Origin: a virus
Taxonomy: Duplodnaviria; Caudoviricetes
Reading direction: 5' to 3' (one strand)
Virus record (IMG/VR): IMGVR_UViG_2841096034_000001
DNA: 64,000 nucleotides
Position numbers and translations under genes: made by a program. Of the stretch, positions 48,601 to 58,047 are shown piece by piece (position 1 is the first letter of the stretch; every line of letters starts with the position of its first letter). The notes below the pieces were generated by a model. The model saw nothing but the letters and a program-made list of their open reading frames with translations, ran no database searches and was not told the DNA's origin.

Positions 48601-49183
48601 ATTTAATTACTGTTTCCTCATCTTCTTTGTACCAACGATCGCCGTATTTCTCCTGTCCAACTCTCATAAGATGCCAATATTTCTTCCGGTGCCTATCCGA
48701 TTCCGTTTTAAGGTTTCTTATCCGCCTGTTTAAAGCATCTACTAAATGGGGTTCTTTGCTGCTAAATGCTTTATCTGTTTCTCTGGAAAGTGATCTTATC
48801 AATGAGTTTTTCAATGTTTCTCCGTCTTCTCCCAACTCTTGTTTCTTAGCCCTCTTAACCGAGCAACCACCGACATATACTCCAATGTGAGGAGGTATTT
48901 CATCTTTGACCTTATCGAATAACTCCCGAGGCATGACATAGTAGTTATAATGCCCGCAAAAGGTATTATTGGACTTACTTCTAAAATCAGAAACTGAAAC
49001 TTTCACTTCATAGCAACGCCATATTCCGTTAGTATCATATGTCATGTAATCAACTCTTTCATTTCCAAACCACCCTATGGTGACTTCAAAACAACCAAAT
49101 ACGCCTTGTTTTTTAGTGGCTCTATATATTTCTTTTTCAAGCTTTTCGGTGAGTTCTGTTTTAGCGATGATCATCACCCTCAT
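48599..49183 (-). CDS. PD-(D/E)xK nuclease-like (MmcB-like) protein
   Basis: FEV..RVDYM..CYEVKVSVSDF. Confidence 0.7.
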   Translation of the reverse strand: MRVMIIAKTELTEKLEKEIYRATKKQGVFGCFEVTIGWFGNERVDYMTYDTNGIWRCYEVKVSVSDFRSKSNNTFCGHYNYYVMPRELFDKVKDEIPPHIGVYVGGCSVKRAKKQELGEDGETLKNSLIRSLSRETDKAFSSKEPHLVDALNRRIRNLKTESDRHRKKYWHLMRVGQEKYGDRWYKEDEETVIK

Positions 49184-49365
49184 TTCTTTGTATAACTGAT
49201 TTCGTATAGCTGCGGCTTACCGTTTTGCCATGTAATCGTCTGTTTACCGAATCCATCGCCTGGAGTATCTACTTTTTCGAGGACCCCATCCTTAACTCGA
49301 TAAACTGCATTTTCCAACAGGTCTATTTCAGCCGTCGATTCTAGTTTTCCCGCTGCATCTGCCAA
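49180..49365 (-). CDS. XtrA/YqaO-like small protein
   Basis: EIDLLENAVYRVKDG..PGDGFGKQTITWQNGK. Confidence 0.7.
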   Translation of the reverse strand: MADAAGKLESTAEIDLLENAVYRVKDGVLEKVDTPGDGFGKQTITWQNGKPQLYEISYTKK

Positions 49366-49441
49366 TGTATAAGCCCCCTAGTAATATGCTATAATGAGAT
49401 TGTCAGATTACATTAAAGCTGGGGCTTATGCTCTGGCTTTT

Positions 49442-49648
49442 TTATTTGTCCCTAATTTCAAAGAAAATCTTTCTCGCTTCAAACCAAGAACATCCATGCT
49501 GTCTCTGGATCACCTTCATGTACTCGGCAAAGAGTCTCTGATTCGCCACGAAAGCCTGTGAGTTCACCTTCTTATTGCATTCCAGTGGTGATTTCACTGA
49601 TTGGGGCACTTCTATTTCCACGGGTTCAAATAATGCCATTTGTTCCAT
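49442..49648 (-). CDS. Hypothetical protein
   Basis: ORF with SD. Confidence 0.6.
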   Translation of the reverse strand: MEQMALFEPVEIEVPQSVKSPLECNKKVNSQAFVANQRLFAEYMKVIQRQHGCSWFEARKIFFEIRDK

Positions 49649-49798
49649 GATCCATCCTCCTAGTTAATAGTCATCGTATAGTAGCGTGTAAACATCCTTT
49701 AAAGCATGAGTCTGTTGTACGTCATCTTCAGAGTATTTCTTAATAAAATGAAATTCATGTCGATAAAGTTGGTAAATATTATATTTGGAGTGATTAAT

Positions 49799-50206
49799 TT
49801 GTCAGAAGTACTACCTATTGGACTTTTAGCTCAAGACCTAAAAACTTGGGAATCTGTGATTGTCTCAGAAATGCCTGAAATTCCTAGAAACGAAACAAAA
49901 TATAAAATCAAGGGCCATCATTTATTCGAGACTATTCATGGACATACCTTAATTTTAGATTTGTATAATCATAAAGAGGATAAGGATATCTCAATAAGCT
50001 TTCCGGACATTGAGGAAGTCAGATTAAATGACCTTTCCAACCAGCACCAACATAAATATTATTTAGAATGTAAAGTGAGATTACTAGATTACAAATTAAA
50101 AGATAAAAAAGGGGAAACTTCTATTGGTTTCAATAAAGATGAGTTTGACGACACAACCCTTATGAAAAACTCTTATATGAAATACAGACTAATTCTAGTT
50201 AATTAA
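49799..50206 (+). CDS. Counter-oriented moron protein
   Basis: TTG 49799 with SD GGAGTG (track ORF starts 49706); hairpin AGAGTGCTC..GAGCACTCT downstream. Confidence 0.65.
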   Translation: MSEVLPIGLLAQDLKTWESVIVSEMPEIPRNETKYKIKGHHLFETIHGHTLILDLYNHKEDKDISISFPDIEEVRLNDLSNQHQHKYYLECKVRLLDYKLKDKKGETSIGFNKDEFDDTTLMKNSYMKYRLILVN

Positions 50207-50282
50207 TCTATCACCCAGAGTGCTCGCTATAGAGCACTCTACCGCTTCACTATTCTTTTACTCCTTTGCATAATTTTATGTC

Positions 50283-50576
50283 TTAACCACTTGAATAAAC
50301 GACGAACGGTTTACCTTCCCAGCGAGCATTAATAACTTCTGCAACGCTCTCAGTTTCCTCTGAATTTTCGTACTTGAGGATTTGCTTTTCTTTTGACACT
50401 TCTTCTACATCCTCAATCGGATAACAGGCATCTTCGCGATCATCGATTTCTTTTTGATAATAATCGACCGCATCCTCGGCATAGTAAGCAGCTACCGCAT
50501 CGTACTCATTTACTTCAAACACACCAACATCTTTTAAGCCTTTAGTTTCTGCGATTTTTAATTCTTCCATCATCAA
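50283..50576 (-). CDS. Hypothetical phage protein
   Basis: ORF with SD. Confidence 0.65.
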   Translation of the reverse strand: MMMEELKIAETKGLKDVGVFEVNEYDAVAAYYAEDAVDYYQKEIDDREDACYPIEDVEEVSKEKQILKYENSEETESVAEVINARWEGKPFVVYSSG

Positions 50577-50591
50577 TCTCTCCTTTGTTTT

Positions 50592-50918
50592 TTATTTCAG
50601 ATGGCCGTTCCTCTTTATGGTCTCAGCAATTTCATTCGAATACGGTTCGTCTACATTCACAACCAGATAAGAATTGAAAGGCTCTTTTCCGTCCCTTGCT
50701 CGACCGTCTTCAATCTTGCTGAGATAGTGGAACAAAGCGCTGTCCAACTTCCTCTTCTCTTCCGGTGTCAGATACTTCTCACGATCACGTTCATTGATAA
50801 TGGTGTACTTGCGCTCTCTTCCTTCGAGGATCGTTCCTTTGAAAGCCTCCTCTTCCTTTTGTTTCTGAGGAAGAATAGCTTTGATTTCATTGTTAATATG
50901 CGGCCAATTGTTATTCAT
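50592..50918 (-). CDS. Hypothetical phage protein
   Basis: ORF with SD; YLVVNVDEPY motif. Confidence 0.65.
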   Translation of the reverse strand: MNNNWPHINNEIKAILPQKQKEEEAFKGTILEGRERKYTIINERDREKYLTPEEKRKLDSALFHYLSKIEDGRARDGKEPFNSYLVVNVDEPYSNEIAETIKRNGHLK

Positions 50919-51017
50919 TTGTTATCAACTCCTTATACCTAACCAAAATCCCACTATATTTTTTGGAATAAAAATGATAAAATTCACTCATTACTTTAGA
51001 TGGAGGTAGATTTTTAG

Positions 51018-51146
51018 TTGAATACATTTACAAACTTCATAAGAAATGAAATTGTTGCACCAATTCTAGGTGTACTGGGTGGCATATTTTTCATTTACCT
51101 TGTCGCCTATTATGCAGAGCCATTAGCAAAGGTTCTTTTTAAATAG
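51018..51146 (+). CDS. 42-aa single-TM peptide, Fst-like
   Basis: SD TGGAGGT, TTG start; MNTFTNFIRNEIVAPILGVLGGIFFIYLVAYYAEPLAKVLFK; terminator AATAGATCA..TGATCTATTTTT. Confidence 0.6.
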   Translation: MNTFTNFIRNEIVAPILGVLGGIFFIYLVAYYAEPLAKVLFK

Positions 51147-51200
51147 ATCATTCAATTTGAGTGATCTATTTTTTATTAACTTGCAGCTGAGCACCCTTTT

Positions 51201-51329
51201 TCATATCTTCCTCACCTTCCAACCGAGTTTCTGCATCATTTGCACTTCTTTCGCTGATAATGGCTCATATACATAAACCCGATGACCTTCAGTTATTTTG
51301 AAAAGGTAATACCATTTTGGTTCCTTCAT
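51201..51329 (-). CDS. Small hypothetical protein
   Basis: MKEPKWYYLFK.. with SD AAGGAG. Confidence 0.55.
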   Translation of the reverse strand: MKEPKWYYLFKITEGHRVYVYEPLSAKEVQMMQKLGWKVRKI

Positions 51330-51402
51330 ACGATCACTCTCCTTCAAAGAGGTCCAGTAGCAACCAACCGATAGCGACGAAACAAGCAATAAATGAGCTC
51401 AG

Positions 51403-51570
51403 TCACCATGTTTCAAATCCTTTAGGTTTTCTTTTCAAAGACTCGACTACAGCATCAATATCATCAGCATCTACACGTCTTACTTGATAGATTTGTCCAT
51501 TCATTTTGATGATGTCCTCTTCGCCTGGAGCTAGGTCTACCAAGTGGGCGACAATCTATTGAGCGTTCAT
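51403..51570 (-). pseudogene. Small gene with in-frame TAG at codon 5
   Basis: ATG overlaps rusA stop, SD GAGGTG; MNAQ*IVAHLVDLAPGEEDII...GFETW*. Confidence 0.4.
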
Positions 51571-51986
51571 AACTTCACCTCACTAATTTCCACTTCTATT
51601 CTCGGCTTGGAGCTGTACCACTTGCTGATCGTAAACTCGACCACCTGACTGTCATCGTTCCAAATCACTTTGTTCAAAGCATCCTTGATTCCCTTAGCGT
51701 AATTATCAACGTCAGGTTTAGTCACTGGTCGGTACAATCCTGACTCAGCCTCTGCTGTGCGCTTTTTGGAGAAGCTCTTGAGCAATGGCTTATAAACTTT
51801 CACTCTCACGTTCAGTGGCCCTTCTAGTAAATCTGAGGGGGCATGTTGAGAAGCAACCAACCCTACATATTGTTTAAAGTCCTTAGATTTCTGAGGATCA
51901 TAGAGAATCGTTTTGCCTTTTTTGGTTTTACCGGCTCTTGGCCTTCCTTGAGCAACCGCCTCACCTAATACTGTGAATTGAATCAT
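51567..51986 (-). CDS. rusA: RusA Holliday junction resolvase
   Basis: KPDVDNYAKGIKDALN..WNDDSQVV. Confidence 0.93.
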   Translation of the reverse strand: MIQFTVLGEAVAQGRPRAGKTKKGKTILYDPQKSKDFKQYVGLVASQHAPSDLLEGPLNVRVKVYKPLLKSFSKKRTAEAESGLYRPVTKPDVDNYAKGIKDALNKVIWNDDSQVVEFTISKWYSSKPRIEVEISEVKL

Positions 51987-52121
51987 TGAGCTCCCCCTTA
52001 ATCAAAAAGCGTTATGAGAGTCTTATTCTGACACTTGGTACAAACAGAATAGATGCCTGTACGCTCTTTCCGAATATTAAACTCTTTTCCGTAGCAAACC
52101 TTACCACCCCAGCTGACATGG

Positions 52122-52409
52122 TTAATGCAAACCATCATCTGATTCGTGTATTTGCATTTGATGACCATCCTCTTCACGCTCCCTTTGAAACTTCTCCCAA
52201 CAAACCGGACCATATCCACGTTCACGACTCTTGGAATCTATGAGCTTTCTTCCGCATCTTCCGCATTCGAGATATTTATCATCCATGTAAGACCTCCTAA
52301 GGTCAGGCGTTACCATCCCTTCTCCTGCACATAAAGAGCAAGGTGGTTCTTCTTGGCAGCCTCTCCCTTTACATGAGGGGCATATGACTAAATGATCGTA
52401 TAAGACCAT
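52122..52409 (-). CDS. Zinc-finger protein (DnaJ-like CxxCxGxG plus DUF6011-like)
   Basis: CPSCKGRG, CSLCAGEG, CGRCGRKL..SRERGYGPVCW. Confidence 0.75.
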   Translation of the reverse strand: MVLYDHLVICPSCKGRGCQEEPPCSLCAGEGMVTPDLRRSYMDDKYLECGRCGRKLIDSKSRERGYGPVCWEKFQREREEDGHQMQIHESDDGLH

Positions 52410-52418
52410 AACCTCACC

Positions 52419-52958
52419 TCAATATCCCGTAAGCTGGCGCTGATGGTTGACTTCGTTCTTTTTCAAATAATCCTCTTCAATCTGTTCTAAGGTGAATCCA
52501 AGCATTTCCCCTAAACCTACAAACAGGTCTGCTATATCCAACCAGTCACTATCATCAAGGTCCTCATGTAAGAATTCATTGAATGCTAAAAATTGATCGT
52601 TTACTTCATCTCGTTTCTCGGGCACAATACTCTCCAAATCCCATTCATCGGGTACATGGAGTTCTAATCCAATACTCAAAATAAAGTGGAGACAATCGAC
52701 GTACTCTTCAAGAAGTGGATTTCTAAGGCGTGGCATGGACTTTCCGAACGAATCTATTTCTGATGTCCATTCCTCCGTTTTCGGTTCCTGATCATTACTC
52801 CAAAACTTAAATCCACGCCACTCATTTGCTAATTCACCAAGTTCCACTTGTAGAGCTAGAATCTTCCGTGGTAAGAGGTCTTGTCCTTCAAGCCCCTTCT
52901 CTTTAACGATGTGAGCATCCAGCCCACCTTGTATTTCAAACAGCTTTTTTAAATTCAT
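52419..52958 (-). CDS. dut: Dimeric (all-alpha) dUTPase
   Basis: ALQVELGELANE..FKFWS..LEEYVDCLHF..KNEVNHQRQ. Confidence 0.9.
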   Translation of the reverse strand: MNLKKLFEIQGGLDAHIVKEKGLEGQDLLPRKILALQVELGELANEWRGFKFWSNDQEPKTEEWTSEIDSFGKSMPRLRNPLLEEYVDCLHFILSIGLELHVPDEWDLESIVPEKRDEVNDQFLAFNEFLHEDLDDSDWLDIADLFVGLGEMLGFTLEQIEEDYLKKNEVNHQRQLTGY

Positions 52959-53143
52959 GGCTCCATCCTCCTAGCAATTTGACACCTGAGATTAATGTGT
53001 ATCTGTTCCAGCTCCGTCAAAGTCATGTCATCCGTTCGCTTACCGACACAATCTTCCGTATATCCCATCGTCCAAAGCTTGTGTATGAGGTGATTTCTGC
53101 GTTCCTCTACACCTTCAGATAACCGGGTTGGTGATAGATTCAT
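52955..53143 (-). CDS. FbpA-like small protein
   Basis: VEERRNHLIHKL..LTLTELEQ. Confidence 0.65.
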   Translation of the reverse strand: MNLSPTRLSEGVEERRNHLIHKLWTMGYTEDCVGKRTDDMTLTELEQIHINLRCQIARRMEP

Positions 53144-53156
53144 AGATTAGCCTCCT

Positions 53157-53378
53157 TTATTTAACCCGTTTTTCAATCAACGTTTCTCCATTTCCGTTCT
53201 TCATTCGTACTCCTGGATTTTCACCCTTTATAATTTCCAAAGACAATGTGCCTTGTTTTGCAGCATGTCTTGCTTTTCTCGCAGATGTATAACACTTGGA
53301 GCATAGCCCTGTTTTCCATGTGTACTGGTTTGTTCGTTTCCCGCATATTTTGCACAAGGGACGATCTTTCTTACCCAT
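53157..53378 (-). CDS. Small zinc-binding protein
   Basis: CKICG..LCSKC. Confidence 0.6.
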   Translation of the reverse strand: MGKKDRPLCKICGKRTNQYTWKTGLCSKCYTSARKARHAAKQGTLSLEIIKGENPGVRMKNGNGETLIEKRVK

Positions 53379-53389
53379 CTAATCCCTCC

Positions 53390-53557
53390 TCAGAACCATT
53401 TATTTTGATCACTCGTAACGTCCACTTCCATCGCCCTAGCCATTGCCAGTTTACTCACCAATTCTTCATAGCTGAGTCCATCTAAATCCTTGAAACCCAT
53501 AACCAGTAGCTGATCGATGATGTGTTTGGTTTTGTAATTCAGTTCACTGACTTTCAT
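53390..53557 (-). CDS. 55-aa hypothetical protein
   Basis: Manual: MKVSELNYKTKHIIDQLLVMGFKDLDGLSYEELVSKLAMARAMEVDVTSDQNKWF with SD AAGGAG. Confidence 0.55.
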   Translation of the reverse strand: MKVSELNYKTKHIIDQLLVMGFKDLDGLSYEELVSKLAMARAMEVDVTSDQNKWF

Positions 53558-54149
53558 GAGGAAGCTCCTTATCGAAACGAAGTTCTACCGGACAAACTAA
53601 AGTCAGGTATTGGTTCCATTTGAAGATAGATGTTTTTAACCTTTCTCCACTCCAAAATCGCACTTTATCTTCTTCAACGTGTTCAACCTCTTGGAAATCG
53701 TCTTCATAGTGGATTAAGTCGCCCCCTTTATACTCATTAACCTCACGACCAATCTCAGCCCACTTGCGCCGTTCCTTCTCTTGCTCTTCTTCCTCTGGAG
53801 TGGCTAATCGGATAAGAGGACTGTTTATTGAAATTTCATTAAGATTTTGAAAGCCTTGATGGTAACCATCAACAACAATGTGTCCAGACTTCGTTCCTGT
53901 CACTTCCATTACGCATGTATGATATTCGTTCTCATAAACAATCCAATCACCGATTCCATATAGTTCTTGCACCTCATACCATCCGCATAAGAGTAAAGCG
54001 AATTGTTGAGGGGTGAAGTCTTCATCTAATGAATAATTGATATTCGGTTTATGCTCTATGAAATCCCTCATAACTGGATCAGCGTGCCTTCCATTCGTGA
54101 AATGCTTGAAATCTTCATATTGTTCTTTCGTAATTTTGATTTTCTCCAT
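53544..54149 (-). CDS. Hypothetical phage protein
   Basis: ORF with SD; RLATPEE motif. Confidence 0.7.
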   Translation of the reverse strand: MEKIKITKEQYEDFKHFTNGRHADPVMRDFIEHKPNINYSLDEDFTPQQFALLLCGWYEVQELYGIGDWIVYENEYHTCVMEVTGTKSGHIVVDGYHQGFQNLNEISINSPLIRLATPEEEEQEKERRKWAEIGREVNEYKGGDLIHYEDDFQEVEHVEEDKVRFWSGERLKTSIFKWNQYLTLVCPVELRFDKELPHESQ

Positions 54150-54235
54150 ATCATTTCCCCTCCCTTATTTTCTTCTTACACACACTGCACCGCCCGGTTA
54201 AGGTGTTGATTCGATGGATTCCTCTAAACCGACAG

Positions 54236-54445
54236 TTAAACCACCTTCGTAACTTCTTCATGTTGCACCTCCCACTGCTTGCTCAACTCATTTTTGATTC
54301 GCTTAATCTCTTTCTTCGACCGTTCCTGAGCTGCCAACCGACATTCTTTATTCGGGCAGGGCATAATGTGCATTGTCGAATTCGTATAATCATAGCGGAC
54401 CCCTCTGCCTCTACAGGTGGGGCAAAAAATGTTTTCCTCGCTCAT
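54236..54445 (-). CDS. Small zinc-binding protein
   Basis: CPTCRGRG..PCPNKEC. Confidence 0.6.
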   Translation of the reverse strand: MSEENIFCPTCRGRGVRYDYTNSTMHIMPCPNKECRLAAQERSKKEIKRIKNELSKQWEVQHEEVTKVV

Positions 54446-55296
54446 AATCGTCGATCTCTCCCTTCCAGAATTAAGTTTTCCGCACCATGTTTCATTCGGC
54501 TCACTATCCTTCCGCCCTGGATAGATCCGTATTTATCGATAAGTTCTTCTGCTGTGTAGTTAGAAGTGAAAACTGTCGGCTTAATCTCCCTGGTATCAAC
54601 CAATTTAAGTATTTTTTCTGAAGCCCATGTTTCATATCCATCTTCCCGCCGGTGATATTCAGCTCCTACTTCATCCAATATTAATACGTCCATGGAGCCT
54701 AACCGCTCATACACTTCTGATTCCTCAAGGGAAGAGTTTCGATCATACGAACTTCGTAACAACTTCAAAAGGTCGTCAGTCTGGATGAACATTGTCGATT
54801 TACCGAACTCTCGTAAATTTCTGGAGATGCATCGAGCCAGGTGACTTTTCCCGACCCCCATTCCCCCGCGAAGTATTAAAGAATGATTCTCTTTCTCCTC
54901 ACTATCGAATTGTTTGACGAACTGAATGGCTGCTTTCTTCGCTTCTTTCTCGGAATCATTCTCTGGAAAGTAGTTCTTAAAGGTTGCGTCCTTTAAAGAT
55001 TCGGGGATAACCTCATACATCTTGGAGAAGCCTATGTTCTTTCGCCTTAACTGCATTTCCTTGCGCTCTTCTTCTGTAGCTGCTGTTTTTGGTAAATTGT
55101 CTTTTAAGGTCTGGTTATCGCAATTCATGCATCTAGATTGCTCAACTCTATCTCCATCGGTAGTAATTCTTTCGATGATGGGAACAGTGGATCCGCAATT
55201 TTCACACTCTCGCTCGCCAATGGGATTAATCCCTCTCATTTGTAGGTGTTTCATCACTTTGTTCATGCCGTCTGCTGTACCATTCATCTCCTGCAC
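54442..55296 (-). CDS. DnaC/IstB-like helicase loader ATPase
   Basis: Walker A GGMGVGKS, Walker B LILDEVG, FTSN, RIVSRM. Confidence 0.9.
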   Translation of the reverse strand: MQEMNGTADGMNKVMKHLQMRGINPIGERECENCGSTVPIIERITTDGDRVEQSRCMNCDNQTLKDNLPKTAATEEERKEMQLRRKNIGFSKMYEVIPESLKDATFKNYFPENDSEKEAKKAAIQFVKQFDSEEKENHSLILRGGMGVGKSHLARCISRNLREFGKSTMFIQTDDLLKLLRSSYDRNSSLEESEVYERLGSMDVLILDEVGAEYHRREDGYETWASEKILKLVDTREIKPTVFTSNYTAEELIDKYGSIQGGRIVSRMKHGAENLILEGRDRRL

Positions 55297-55299
55297 CTC

Positions 55300-55992
55300 C
55301 TAAAATGCACCTGAATACTGTGGTTGTTTACGGTCTGGACCTTTTCTGTTGTTCCAAGAGTTCCGCTTATTCTTGTGATCTTCCATTTCCTTTTTAGCTT
55401 CTTCTATGGTTTTTAGTTCCATCTTTGCCCAGGTATTCATGATTGTTTTTGCAAAATTAAAAGTGTGCCCACCCTTACCAGATTCCTCTAGAGCAAGGGC
55501 GACCAACTCAGCTGGAAGTCCGTCTTGATCTATATACGCGTTCAGATCATCAACTTGGAGTGCACTCGGTTGTTTGTTGAAAGCCTTTAAGTAAATGTCA
55601 AAAATATTAACCTCACGCGTCTCTTCCTCTCCTACCTCTTCCACCTGAACATCCGAAGGTTCAGAACTAGATTCTTCTTCCTCGGCAAGTTCCTCAAACT
55701 TCACCACTCGTTGTTCAGAAGGTATGATCTCGTATATGGCCATCTTTCCGCCCTTTCTTGATCGGAATCGTATGAAACCAGCTTCCTCGAGGTCTTGTCT
55801 GGCTCTATCGTTCGTTTTAGGGGACTGGCCGGTTTTTGCTTCGAGATAAGACGTCCTTACGGTGAATGTATCTTTCCACCCCGTCTTATTGTTGATGTGC
55901 ATGAGAGCATTGAATAGGTTGATTGCCCTGGCGGGTAAACCGCTGACACTCACCTGGCTATAAAAAGCATTTAATTCCTTGATGTAATTCAT
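55300..55992 (-). CDS. Replication initiator with DnaD domain
   Basis: MNYIKELNAFY wHTH N-terminus; FAKTIMNTWAKMELKT. Confidence 0.85.
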   Translation of the reverse strand: MNYIKELNAFYSQVSVSGLPARAINLFNALMHINNKTGWKDTFTVRTSYLEAKTGQSPKTNDRARQDLEEAGFIRFRSRKGGKMAIYEIIPSEQRVVKFEELAEEEESSSEPSDVQVEEVGEEETREVNIFDIYLKAFNKQPSALQVDDLNAYIDQDGLPAELVALALEESGKGGHTFNFAKTIMNTWAKMELKTIEEAKKEMEDHKNKRNSWNNRKGPDRKQPQYSGAF

Positions 55993-56181
55993 TTTTTACC
56001 GCCGTCCCCCTTAACTATTTTTTAACTATGATTGCTTTCATGCCTTCGATTTTTTCTAATTTCCACCCTGGATTTGTGTTTTTGACATATCCAGAAACGT
56101 AACCCTTAAACATTTCAGCCCTTTTCTCATAACCCTCCGTCATCCATACATAGCAGTAGGGTATTGCGACTTCCCTCCGAT

Positions 56182-56883
56182 TCACGGCACATACACAGCC
56201 TTTCCGGTCAATGCTTGTATCTCATCTTTAAATCGTCTCTCATCGCTGTTGTTATCCGATAAATGCAACAACCATATCTCTCTCACTTTCTGTAGATCAT
56301 TCGCCTTCAGGAACTCTTTAACGTTTTCTAAACTGAAGTGCGAACGTAGTAATCTCTTTTTCATCACCTTTGGAATTCGTCCAGCTGCAATATTCTTGTT
56401 AAGTATGTCTAGGCTGTAATTACACTCACAGAGGATATGTGTGAGGCCCTTGAACTTGTAGCGAATGTAATAGGTATCTGTAGCGAATAAGAGCTTGTCT
56501 CCGTCCTCATTCGCAAGCAGAAAACCTAGTGGTTCAGCTACATCATGTTCAACCTCAAAAGGTAAAATCGTCCATGTTCCAACGGTGAATGGTTCTTTTG
56601 ATTTGATAGGCTTTACACGGTGTCCCTCAACGCCGATAGCCTCTGCCGTTCCCTTTGACATGTAGCAGTTCTTTCCGTTCTTGATCATATCCGGGACTCC
56701 AGCGCAATGGTCCTTGTGTTCATGAGTAATCAGACAAGCTTTTATTTTCGAAGTCTGGAAGTCTAGCTTCCTCTGGATCTCTTTGAATTTGATTCCTGCT
56801 TCAAGGAGCAAGGGGGTTTTGCCATCCGTTATGTGGTAGCAATTCCCCTTACTGGATGAAGCAAGGGCTTTAACTTCAATCAT
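56182..56883 (-). CDS. MBL-fold exonuclease-like hydrolase
   Basis: SSSKGNC, THEHKDH, HD, ATDT, LHLS. Confidence 0.9.
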   Translation of the reverse strand: MIEVKALASSSKGNCYHITDGKTPLLLEAGIKFKEIQRKLDFQTSKIKACLITHEHKDHCAGVPDMIKNGKNCYMSKGTAEAIGVEGHRVKPIKSKEPFTVGTWTILPFEVEHDVAEPLGFLLANEDGDKLLFATDTYYIRYKFKGLTHILCECNYSLDILNKNIAAGRIPKVMKKRLLRSHFSLENVKEFLKANDLQKVREIWLLHLSDNNSDERRFKDEIQALTGKAVYVP

Positions 56884-57809
56884 CAGAAATTGGGTCCAGA
56901 CGTCGTTTGAGCTTCTTTCTGTTCAAAATCCATAGCTGCTTGTTCCAAATCACCGTCTGGTTGATCGGAAGGTTGTTCTGGCTCTTGCTCTTGTTCGGGT
57001 TCGTTGTATTCAATATCGATAATCTCGCCGTTAGCATTGGTTTGAATTTCTTCCTCCAATTGAGCTTCTTCAGCTGCCTCATCAGTATGATTAAAGTGGT
57101 CTAACACTAGATTGCTATCATTACTAGAGTTCAAGAACTTCTTGCAAGCTCTATTGATGACCGATTTCTTAGCCATTTCTTGCTTGAATTCATCATGCGT
57201 ACTGCCCTTCTTTTCCTTCTCTTGATCTTTGCCCCAGAACTGTGCTTTGCTCCAAGCTTTACGCAACTCTTCGATAGTCATTAACTCTTGATAGACTTCG
57301 CCATCCTGAAGAACGATAGTGGCATATGCGCCAATGATGTTTTCTTTATTGATATTTCCGAACTTTTGCTTATGAGTAAGGTTCACAATACGACTGTTTT
57401 TCATTTCGTAGTCCACTTCATCACCTTCATAAATGACAGCTGCATCAATCGATTTTGCACCCGTGACCTGTTTCGTGACGGCCATGGTTCCAAAGTAGCT
57501 TCGTTGGAATGTGAGCGTGTTACCGTATACGATGAAGTACCCTTGTTTCTTGGCTGGGTTTAGGCCTTGGACAACCATATCTAGTAATGAATTGGCTACA
57601 CTATCTCTTGTACAAACCTCAAGCGCTGGACGTTTATTTTTATCTTGGATGCCCTGCAATGTTAACCAAGCACTTTTCATAGCATTTTGCGGTGAATAGC
57701 TTGGAGGAAAGTGAACATCTCCATTTTCTTGAAAAGCCTTCACTTTCTCCGCCACCACATCAACGGTATCTTTCTTGATCATCGCTAATTCGTTTTTATT
57801 CTGGCTCAT
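56883..57809 (-). CDS. recT: RecT-family recombinase
   Basis: GLNPAKKQGYFIVYG..QRSYFG..EMAKKSVINRACK. Confidence 0.9.
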   Translation of the reverse strand: MSQNKNELAMIKKDTVDVVAEKVKAFQENGDVHFPPSYSPQNAMKSAWLTLQGIQDKNKRPALEVCTRDSVANSLLDMVVQGLNPAKKQGYFIVYGNTLTFQRSYFGTMAVTKQVTGAKSIDAAVIYEGDEVDYEMKNSRIVNLTHKQKFGNINKENIIGAYATIVLQDGEVYQELMTIEELRKAWSKAQFWGKDQEKEKKGSTHDEFKQEMAKKSVINRACKKFLNSSNDSNLVLDHFNHTDEAAEEAQLEEEIQTNANGEIIDIEYNEPEQEQEPEQPSDQPDGDLEQAAMDFEQKEAQTTSGPNF

Positions 57810-58047
57810 TGAACGTTCCCTCCATTTGATCTGTAATAGGATAAATCTTCATTTGTTCCTCATCAACTTCTCTCTTAACATTGGATGTAATATGTGTTTC
57901 GAATGAACCGTAAGCGCCAAAGGAGTTACTACCATTTTTGGAACGTTTTTTAATATGAAATTCATTGATTGCTTCTTGAGCATTAGGAGCTTCCACTTCA
58001 AATTCAGTCCTAATTTCTTGAACCTCTTTCACAATGAATTTGGTCAT
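57796..58047 (-). CDS. Hypothetical protein
   Basis: Overlapping ORF in operon. Confidence 0.6.
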   Translation of the reverse strand: MTKFIVKEVQEIRTEFEVEAPNAQEAINEFHIKKRSKNGSNSFGAYGSFETHITSNVKREVDEEQMKIYPITDQMEGTFNEPE

